Assembly (NCBI GenBank): GCA_021735645.1
Contig: JAIPGP010000006.1
Location: 3,634 to 67,633, forward strand
Direction: 5' to 3'
DNA: 64,000 nt
From: Candidatus Cloacimonadota bacterium
Lineage (GTDB): Bacteria > Cloacimonadota > Cloacimonadia > Cloacimonadales > TCS61
Below the pieces are notes generated by a model, which was not told where the DNA came from, searched no databases, and saw nothing but the letters and a program-made list of their open reading frames with translations. The translations under genes and the position numbers were made by a program. Every line of letters starts with the position of its first letter. Position 1 is the stretch's first letter. This document shows, one piece after another, positions 11,948 through 23,900 of this stretch.

Positions 11948-14900
11948 TTACTTCATTAAAATAACCTTCTGAACTTCTTGGATTACTCCAGCACTAAAGC
12001 TTACAAAATATACGCCTGAGGTGCAACCTGTATTGCGATCATTCATACCGTTCCAGGTTATTATGTGATCTCCAGCAGGCAGCTCATTAGCAAGGATAGT
12101 CTTGATTAACTGACCCTTTACATTGTAAACCTTCACACTTACCATCTCATCTGTCTCAAGATGGAAACTGATGCTGGTCTCTGGATTGAATGGATTTGGA
12201 TAAATATTAGTTAGTCCATTCACTATGACTTCATCTTCCCCCATATTTACCGTTAAGAGCGGCATTCTATCATAATCCTCTCCAGGTTCTGAAATGATTA
12301 CTTCATTACACTCAAATACTGCTCTGCTCTTCGGATCATAGATTCTGAAGCTGATTTCTTCAGCCTTCTCACTGTTGATCACCAATGAAGATATGTTTAT
12401 GCCATTATAATCTCTTATGCGAGATACTCCACGGCATTCTTCTCCAGCAAAACCAGCTAAGATCATGCCTTCAGAATCTGTCATCTCGATCTGACTATAA
12501 ACTACCATGCTGTTTGTGTAGATAACCGGTTCCCAGATTGAATCATTCAATTCATCTGCTGATGTAATCAGGTTACGAGTTGCTCCTGGATAATAGAATG
12601 TTATTGGTTCCGATACTCTCACATAATATCCCTTGCCAGGTTCCAGATTTACCAGCGTATTATATGCTGATGGTAAACTCGGATCATAACTTGAGAATAT
12701 ATCTTTCACCTTCAGTAATGTTCCACCATCTATCAATTCGGCAAAAGCGGTCTCTACATCCATGGCATTCTGATTTACATAAGCTACCAGATTCCAGCCA
12801 CCACTTAGGTCTATAGGAGTCTGCAATGGGTCTAAAATAGCACCGGTTACATCAAGCTCAGAAACACCGTTAACTTTCACATAATAACCAGCACCATCCT
12901 CCAGAGTATGAAGTGTATTATAAGCTGCAGGTAATGATGGATCATAACTGCTGTAGATATCTTTTACTTTCAACAGATTCTCCATGATCGGAGCAAAAAC
13001 TGCCTCAACACTCATATCGGTAGGACGCACATAAAGAGATATTAAATTCCAGCCACCACTCAGATTCAATATCTGAGTTACATCTGTTGTGTTGGAACCA
13101 TTAAGCAGTATCTGATTTGGTGGATATCCTACAGAACCACCCGGATTTGACTGAATACTGGTCCCCACATTATAGATCATATCCTCACTGCTGTCCCAGA
13201 TTCTGAAATGTACGGTTTCTACAGTTTCTCCCTGCACTACCAAGGAAGCAATTGCTTCACGTGTCAGGATCTGTACTTCTGTTACCGCTCTACACTCTTC
13301 TCCTACAAAAGCTGCCACTAAATCACCTTCAACGGCATCTTCCCCTTCTATTGTTACTATAGCATACACTATCGTGCTGTTTGTGTATATTACCGGTGTC
13401 CAGCCCGGTCCCACTCCAGTACTCACTGCTAATGGTAAAGGATTAGAAACCGTTCCTATTGTTCCACCGGGGTAGGTCTGAGTAAAGTACTCAAGATCAT
13501 ATTCCGTGTCTGTCTCCAAATCCCAGAACTTGAAGTTCACTATCTCTACGATGTCACCAAATATCTGGAAGTTAACGCGTGATGCTCCATTTACTGTTCC
13601 CATCCCACGGCATTCACCTTCTACAAAGGCTCCTATCATATCTCCAGGGTCTGCTGAAAGTCCATCTACTGTTACATAACCATGAGCGTTTGTGAAATTA
13701 TCATAAGTTACTACTGCCCAGTCTGGAGCCAGAAGATAATGAATTGCCCAGGTAAGAGTTTCCACGTATTCACCATCTGTAATTTCTACTACTACCACAT
13801 ATTCACCTTCTTCTATAAATTCTGGTGTGAAGATATTACCCATTATTGGCATCAATTCGCCGTTTAATGTCCAACTGTAGCTCAATTCATTATCAACATC
13901 TGTGGCTTCTACACTAAACTCAATCACTGCATCGTCATAGATAGTTATATCTGTTTCCACTGGTAAGTATTCATTTACTACCGGAGCATCATTTACTTCG
14001 CCTACTATGATTTCTACATCGGCTGAGGCAGAAAGTCGTACTTCATTATCACTGACTGTAAAACTCAATATCTCGTTGCCATACCAGTCTTCTTCTGCAG
14101 AAAATGTTACAGCAAAACCCTCAATATCAACTGATACCATTAGATTTCCATCAACTGATAAAGTTAAAAATTCACTGTCTATATCATTGACGTACTCCGA
14201 GAAATCTACTACCAGAGTTTCATCTTCCAGGAAGCTGAATTCTGCCGGCAGTTCTATTACTGGTGTATCATTTACAGGTGTTACTTCGATATAGATCATG
14301 GCTATATCAGACATTGCTTCACCATCAGTTATATAGTACTCAAAGCTTACTGATCCATTGAAATCTGCTTCAGGAACGTACTCAAATGAACCATCTTCGT
14401 TTAAGGTGATATCTCTCTGATCTTCAATTACGCAAGTTAATAGTTCTGGATATTCATCGGGATCATAGTCATTTGCCAATACTCCAGATACTGCATCTAC
14501 CATCAATGTCTCATCTTCAATTACTGTATAATAGTCATCTACTGCTACTGGAGCAATATTAACATAACCATTCACGGTAACTGCTGCTGTATCCTCAGCA
14601 ACTCCATCTTCATCATCTGTTACCATTAAGGTAACTACATGTTCACCAGCACCAAATTCATAATCAATACTGGCTCCGGCTCCTATCATTTGACCATCAT
14701 AATACCATTCATATAGTACAATCTCACCATCAATATCACTACCACTTCCACTTAAGGTAACCATTGCCATGCCAGTTACTTCAGCATCTGCTGTATATGG
14801 TCCTCCAGCGTCTGCTACTGGCAGATCATTGACGCTGTTTACATTGATTGTTACTTCAGTTTCTGCTGAGAATTGATTCCCGTCAAAAGCAACATAAGTG

Positions 14901-17900
14901 AAACTTGCTACTCCATTCCAGTTGGCTGGTGCAGTATATTCAAAACTGCCATCCCAGCTTTCTTCGTTATAAATCAATGTGCCAATCACGGGTTCGTCAA
15001 GCATTAATGCTGTTAAAATTTCCGGATAACCATCATCAACATCATTTGCCAGGATGCCTTCTTCTGCTGATACTGTCAGTATCATATCTTCATCTACATT
15101 ATATGTGTCCGGATATGCAATTGGATTAGTTCCACCATAAGGTGCTACTGATACCTGTACATGATCACTGTCCGTTCCGTTTTCATTATCAGTTACTTCC
15201 AGGGTAATTGTGTAGTTGCCTGGTGCCAGTTCTACTTCAACTGTATTTCCATAGGCTTCTCCACCATTCCAACCCCAGTAATATTGAACTATCTCACCAT
15301 CAATGTCATAAGACCCACTGCCATCAAGATTTACCATTGCTGTTCCCAATGGCCCGGCTGTTGCATTGATCGGTGTTCCGGCTTCTGCTACCGGCAGATC
15401 ATTTACTGAGATCACTTCAACGGTAATATCATCCATGGCGATTGCTCTCTGCATTCCATCACTTACTATGAAAGTTAATACCTCAATACCATGATAGTTT
15501 TCAAGAGCTGTGAATGTTACTTCTGTGCCAGCAAAGCCCACGTTGATATTCTCGTTTCCAGTTACACTCAATCCTAATTCATCACCATCAATATCACTGA
15601 TGAATGGTGCAAAATCTACTATCAGTTCACCATCTTCTTCAAATGATAAATATTCCGGTAATTCTATCTCTGGAGCATCGTTTACTGGAGTTACCACTAC
15701 ATCAAATTCTGTTGTTACTTCTGATAGATCACTATAACCATCCCAGGCTGTTACCGTTACAGGTACTGTACCATTAAAGTTCTCTACTGAACTGATCTCC
15801 AGCATATTATCATAAGATTCTACTAAGATGCCTTCACCTGATTCCACGGTATAGATTAATACATCTTCATCATAATCTGATATATAGTTATCAAGATCAA
15901 GACTAAATGTCTCAAAATCTTCAAATACTACCTGTTCAGGTATCGGAACCTGCACATATGGTGCACTGTTATTGATTACACCAGGAAGTTCAACTTCAAT
16001 TTCCTCTTGGTTATAGACAAAGTCATAAACATCTAACACAGCCTGTCCACCATTTATCGATGAAAATTCCAGGTTGATCAAACTACCTTCACCCTCGATT
16101 GGAATTAATTCACGTCCACCTGAACTTTGCTGGCTCACAAACTTAATGTTCACTACATCACGGTCATACCAGACATCTAATTGACCATCAGGAATCACTA
16201 TTGTATTATCTAACGACCAGCCATCCAAACTTAATTCCATATCATCAAATGCTAACTTGAATTGATAACTGAATACATTCCACCCCGGATTAACATAAGA
16301 AGTTAATACATCTATATGGATCGGCTCACCAGGTGCGCCTGAACCAGAACCTACTGAGATGCTTGCTACGATCTCGGGAATTTCTGCATTCAGAACCGTT
16401 ATCACTACTTCATCACTAACTACATATTCACCATCACTTACTTCCAAAGTAAATTCAAAATCTGTTGCTTCATTAACTGAAGGAGCGATTAAAGTTGCAA
16501 TTGGACTGTCAGCATTTTCTATAATTATTCCTGCTGGAGCTATCCAGTTATATACCAGCTCTGTTCCTGCATCAGGATCGAATGAACCAGAGCCATCTAA
16601 TAGCAATAAATCACCCTCATTCACTGTCTGAGCTTCACCGGCATCTGCCACTGGTGGATGATTGACATTCAAGACTGTGATCACTACTTCATCACCATCT
16701 TCAAATTCACCATCACTAACTATTAATGTCAACGTGAAATCTTCATTAACAATTACTTCCGGTGCTGTAAAGCTGGGAGTTGCACTCAGAGGATCATCAA
16801 GCTCAATACCTGCCGGAGCTAACCATTCATAAGTTAAATCCTGTCCGTCAGGATCACTTGAGCCAGTTCCATCTAATTGCACTAATAACCCTTCATCCAA
16901 CATCTGATCTTCTCCAGCATCTGCCACTGGTGGATGATTGACATCGATCACTTCCACTGTTCCAGGGATCACATTCATGATCTCAGTAGAATTATACCGG
17001 AAATCTACTGCTGTGATTTCACTGATCCCGGCATTTACTGCCACAAATTCAAATGTTACCAGATTCCCGGCACCGGTGATAATCATTGCATCTGCATAAG
17101 CTACTGCCACTACTCCAGGTGCACTGTTATTCACCAGCAGCATGGCATTAGGATTGGGTACTTCTCCAGCACTAAATCCCACATATTCGTACGATTCTGC
17201 ATCATAATTAATATCAAATTCAAAGCTGATTATATTCCAGTAGTCATATAACTCGGTTGTGCTCACACTGATTGTAAATGTATCTTCTTCCAAAGCGATT
17301 GCAGAACCTACCGTGATCTCAGCTTCAAATATTGCCGGTCTCACTATCAAAGTAACTTCATCAGTATCGATTGCCCGTCCCATATAATCATTGATAGTAA
17401 AGGTCAATATTTCTTCTCCATACCATACTGGTGAATTAAAGGTTACCATATAACCATCTATCATCACTTCTATATTTACATTGCCTTCTACTGTCAATTC
17501 CAGTTCATCTCCATCAATATCACTGATATATTCAGTGAAATCTACGGCAAATTCTACGCCTTCATCCATTGTGAAACTCTCTGGTAATTCAATAACCGGT
17601 TCATCATTAACCGGCTCTACATATACCATAAAGCTGGTCTCAACAATATATTCACCATCACCTGCTGATACCTCCAGAAGTGTTTCACCATACCAGTTTT
17701 CAACTGATTCCAGTAAAAATGCTCCATTACCTAGATTAACAAGGAGTATTTCCTCTGCAGCAAATCCGATATCATAGGTTAGTACGTCTTCATCTACATC
17801 AGCAAAATTTCCAGAAATATCTAATTGATACGGCTCAAAATCTTCCTGTAAGTATATATCATCAAGTTCTTCAACTAATACCGGTGCATCATTTACCGGT

Positions 17901-20900
17901 AATACAGTCAACTCTACAGTTACTGTTTCACTGTAATCTATGCCATCATACGCTCTATATTCAAAGCTGTCTACACCAAACCAGTTTTCACTTGGCATAT
18001 ATTCAAATTCACCGTTGGCGTTAAACAAAAGTTCTCCAAAGCTTACATCACTCATCAGGCCAGCGGTTAATGCTTCTGGATACTGATCTGCATCGTAATC
18101 ATTATATAACACATTACCTGAAAGTATAGTGTCTTCATCTCCATCAAAGGAATCCGCTGTGGCAACCGGTGCAATGTTCTCATATCCAGATACTGTGACT
18201 ATAGTCATATCAGTTCCAAAACCACCTTCATCATCAGTTACTGTCAGCATTACATCAAATACTCCGGTAGCAAATATCGCTTCTGGCATCTCACCACTAA
18301 CGCTGCCACCTTCCCAGCTCCATTCCCAGGCAACTATCTCGCCATCGATGTCATATGAACCGCTGCCATCTAACATTACTGGAGCGTTCCCTTCTTCATC
18401 TGCCTGTTCATAATATGGCCCGTTTGCCTCAGCTACTGGCTCATCATTTACAGCTTCTACATTTACCATGAAATTACTCATTACGTCATATTCACCATCT
18501 GTTACGGTTACTCCCACATAGCTTTCACCATGCCAGTTTTCCAGAGATGTGATTTCAAACATGCCATTACCAAGATCAGCAATCTCAATTTCTGCGGCAT
18601 TATAATCAACTGCATAATTTAGCACTTCGTTATCTATATCACTGAAATAACCCACTAAACTGAATTCGTAAGGCTCAAAATCTTCTGCCAGATTAATATC
18701 TTCCGGCTGCATTAACAGCTCTGGTGCATCATTTACTGCTTCCACATATACCATGAAGCTGCTTTCTACTTCATATTCACCATCTGTTACAGTTACTCCT
18801 ACATAGCTCTCACCATTCCAGTCTGCGACTGGAGTAATTTCAAACATGCCATTACCCAGGTCAGCAATCTCAATTTCTGCGGCATTATAATTAACTGCAT
18901 AATTTAGCACTTCGTTATCAATATCGTAGAAATATCCAACCAGACTAAACTGATATGGCTCAAAATCTTCTACCAGATTAATACTTTCAGGCTGCATTAT
19001 CAGCTCTGGGGCATCATTCACAGCTTCCACATATACCATGAAGCTGCTTTCTACTTCATATTCACCATCTGTTACAGTTACTCCTACATAGCTCTCACCA
19101 TTCCAGTCTGCGAGTGAAATGATTTCAAACATGCCATTATCCAGGTCAGCAATCTCAATTTCTTCGACATTATAATTAACTGCATAATTCAGGAATTCGT
19201 TATCTATATCACTGAAATAACCTGCTAAACTGAATTCGTAAGGCTCAAAATCCTCTGCCAGATTAATATCTTCCGGCTGCATTACCAGCTCCGGTGCATC
19301 ATTCACAGCTTCCACAATTACAGTTACCATGTCCTCAGCAATCAATCTGTCCATCGCATCGTTTATAGTAAAGGTGAGAATCTCTTCTCCATTCCAGTCG
19401 GCTTCAGCACTGAATGTTACCATCAAACCACTGATGTCAACAATAACATTTTCATTACCCATTACTGAAAGATATAGCATATCTTCATCAATATCATTTA
19501 CGTATTGGGCAAAATCAATTTCCAGTGATCCGTCTTCGGTAAAACCAAACGATTCCGGTAACTCTATGGTAGGAGCATCATTCACTGCTTCCACATATAC
19601 AATGAAATTACTCATTACTTCATATTCACCATCTGTTACGGTTACTCCCACATAACTTTCACCATTCCAGTTTTCGAGTGAAATGATTTCAAACATGCCA
19701 TTACCCAGGTCAGCAATCTCAATTTCTTCGACATTATAATCAACTGCAAAATTTAGCACTTCGTTATCTATATCATTGAAATAATCTACAAGACTTAATT
19801 CATAAGTATCAAAATCCTCTTCCAGATAGACGTCTTCAAGTGCCATTACCTGTTCCGGTGCATCATTTACCGGCATTACTGTAATTGCCACTTCTGTCTC
19901 CGGGCTATAGGCTGCCCCATCAAATGCCCGATAACTGAACATATCTTCACCATTCCAGTTCGCTGCAGGTGTATATGTGAAACTGCCATCTTCCAGTAAT
20001 TCCAATACACCATTGCTTACATCTGCTACTAATTCAGCAGTTAAAGCTGCTGGATATTGATCAGGATCCTGGTCATTAGCAAGTACATTATCTATCAGTA
20101 CTTCATCTTCAAATACCTCAAATGCATCTGCTACTGCCACTGGAGCAATATTGTCATAATCTGATACATTTACGGTTGTATTTGCTTCTCCAATACCACC
20201 GTCATTATCTGTAACTGTCAAATATACCGTAGTTTCTCCAACAGCAAACAACGCCAAAAGTGTTTCGCCTTCTCCAGAACCACCTTCCCAGTTCCATTCC
20301 CAGGATACTATCTCACCATCAATGTCATAAGAACCACTGCCATCAAGCATGATCTCTACAAAACCAGAACCATCTGCCTGTCCACTATAAGGTCCACCAG
20401 GCATTGCTACTGGATTGTCATTTACCGGTGTAACAATGATAATTACTTCCGTTACAAGACTATATGCTGCGCCATCAAATGCCCGATAGCTGAACATATC
20501 TTCACCATTCCAGTTCTCCGCTGGTGTATAGGTAAAGCTGCCATCAGCCATTAATTCTAATACTCCATTGCTCACATCCTGTTCAAGTTCTGCTGTTAAT
20601 GCATCAGGATACTGATCTGGATCATAATCATTTGCCAGTACATTATTCATCAGCAATTCATCTTCAAAGACTGCAAATTCATCAGCTACTGCCTCCGGAG
20701 CAATATTGTCATAATCTGATACATTTACGGTTGTACTTGCTTCTCCAATACCACCCTCATTATCAGTTATTGTTAATAATATTGGAGTTTCGCCTACTGC
20801 AAACATGGTTGTAACATTATCACCTTCTGCTGATCCACCTTCCCAGGTCCAAACCCAGGATACTATCTCCCCATCAATGTCATATGATCCACTGGCATCA

Positions 20901-23900
20901 AGTATGATTTCAGCAAATCCTTCTGCATTTGCCTGTCCACTGTAAGGACCATTTGCCATTGCTACTGGATTATCATTCACTGATTCAACTATTATCAGTA
21001 TGTCATCACTGGCAGATAATCTACTCATTTCGTCTTCTACCATAAAGGTCAAAGTCTCTTCACCAAACCAGTCCTCACTAGCTGTAAATATTACTGTATA
21101 ACCTTCTATAGCTGCAGCTATTTCTGTACCACCTTCTACTGTTAAGGTTAGCATATCTTCATCTATATCATTGAGGTATTCTGTGAAATCTACTTCCAGA
21201 CTACCATCTTCAGCAAATATAAAACTATCTGGTAATTCGATCTCCGGTGCATCATTGACCGGATTGACTATAAGATGGAATGTATCAGATGCCTGCTCAA
21301 AACTATCACTCACAAATATTGTGATATCAAGCTCACCATTCCAGTCTAAAACCGATGATAAAGTTAAAATACCATTGCTGATATCTATTTCAACGGCTTC
21401 AGGATTATACTCTGCCCAGTAATTATAAAGATCGCCATCCGGATCCGTAAAATAATCCGCTAAAGTTAACATCTCTGGAGCAAAATCCTCATCAAGTTCC
21501 ATATCAGGAATATCATTATATACATAAGGAGCATCATTTACGCCTATCACCAGCACTTCAAAGGTATCACTCACAAATGCCCTGTCCATATTATCAGAAG
21601 CGGTGACTGTTACTATTGCTGTGCCTGCCCAGTTTTCCACACTTGCCAGATACATCATATTATCAGTAAAGGTTACCATGATCTCTTCTGCATTGAAGTC
21701 TGCTGTATAAGTTAATACGTCTCCATCAACATCACCAAAGTTTTCGCTTAGATCAAATGAAGTCTCTGCAAAATCTTCAAAAAATTCCTGATTCTCAATT
21801 TCTGCTACTACATAAGGCGCATCATTCACACTCATCACCTGCACCTCAAAAGCATCAGCTACAATGTCTCTGCCTATTTCATCAGATGCTGTGATTGTCA
21901 CTTCTGTTGTTCCATTCCAGTTTTCCACGCTGGCTAGATAAAGAATGTTATCTGTTATTGTTACTATGATTTCCTCATTATTGTATTCTGCACTATAACT
22001 TAATACATCTCCATCTACATCACCAAAGTTTGCATTCAGATCAGCATTTACTGCTATTTCCTCGAAATCTTCCGCCAATTCCTGATCTGCCAGTTCTTCT
22101 AATATATAGGGAGCATCATTCACTGCTTCCACAACTATATCTACATTCACTTCCGCGACAGCTCTACCCTGGTTATCTGTTACGCCAATTACGATTGCAT
22201 CTGTACCATTCCAGTTATCTCCTGCACTAAAAGTGATCACAAAACCTTCAATCGCACTGATGATATTATCCACATCAGCCAGATACATTTCTAATTCGTC
22301 GTCATCTACATCACTTATATATTCAGTAAAATCTACCTGAATACTTTCATCTTCATTGAAAATGATCTCTGGCTCAGCATAAGTGAATACTGGAGCATCA
22401 TTTATGGCATTTACGATTACCAGTACATCATCGCTGGCTGTTAAACGCTCCTGATTATCATCAACAATAAAAGTCAATGTTTCCATACCATTCCAGTTTT
22501 CTGCCGCTGTAAAGAACACTACACCACCCATTATTTGTACTGTGATGTTCTCATTGCCCGTAACCGTTAAAGTAAGATCATTCAGGTCAGGATCAGAGAT
22601 ATAACCTTCCCCGATAAAATCAACTCCCAGATTCCCATCTTCATCAAACATAAAGTAATCCGGTAATACGATCTCTGGGGCTGCATTGCCGTTTTCCACC
22701 GTGATCACTACTTCGTCTGCCTCACTCCAGGCTTCTCCATCACTTACTATCAATGTGATCGTATAAGGTGTCGATTCGCTTACATCCGGTGCCGTGAAAG
22801 TTGGAATCGCTGAGGTCGGGTCGCTTAACACTATTCCCTCAGGAGCACCCCATAAAAATTCCAGATCCGGAATGAATATTGTTGTTACTGTAAATACATA
22901 AGGATCAAATCCGTCGCCAACCTGCGTATCAGCCACAAACGCAACTTCACCCTCTACATCATAAACCATGTCTGCACTGGCATCATAGTATTTGAAGGTA
23001 ACTACATCTCCGCTGGTCGTATTACTGAAAATCGCCGGCATATAAAATGTTCTGTTGAAATATTCCATGTATTGAACGGTGTTATCACTCTGCTGTGCTA
23101 TGCCTCGGCATTCATCACCAACAAATGCTCCTATCATATCATTTAAATCATTTATCTCTACTCCATCTACTTCCACTACTCCCCAAACTGTAAAACTATA
23201 TTCATAATCATGATAATCAAATATCCAGTCTGGTTCACGGCTTACCTCGCCATCTGGATCATAAGAAGCCGTTCCATTGAGCTGTACCAGATCTCCTTCT
23301 ATTACTGTCTGATCCTCTCCCGCATCTGCTACTGGAGGTAAATTGCCATTTTCTACTGTGATCACTACTTCATCAGCTTCACTCCAGCTTTCGCCGTCAC
23401 TCACTATTAATGAAATAGTGTAATCTGTTGTCTCTGTTACTTCCGGAGCTGTAAATGTAGGCATCACCGCCGTTACATCACTTAGCACTATATCTAATGG
23501 TGCTGTCCAGATAAAATCTAAATTCGACGTAATTACCGTCGATACTTCAAATACTACCGGATCATTTCCATCGCCATAAGTCATATCGGCTACAAAATCT
23601 AATGTCCCTGCTACTTCATATTCCATATCTGTTTCTGCATCATAATAAAGAAAATCTATCGTCTCGCCACTGGTTTGATTGCTATATACTTCCGGCAGGA
23701 ATATTATATGATCAAAATACTGGGTATAATCAAATACATTACCATTTGCTTCACTGGCTATTCCTCGGCATTCTCCATCTACAAAACAGCCCAGTATTCC
23801 TGTCGTTATATCCACTTCCACCCCATCCAGTTCTACTATTCCCCAGATCGAGCAGCTGTATTCATAATCTGCATAATTAAATGACCAGTCTGGTAAACGG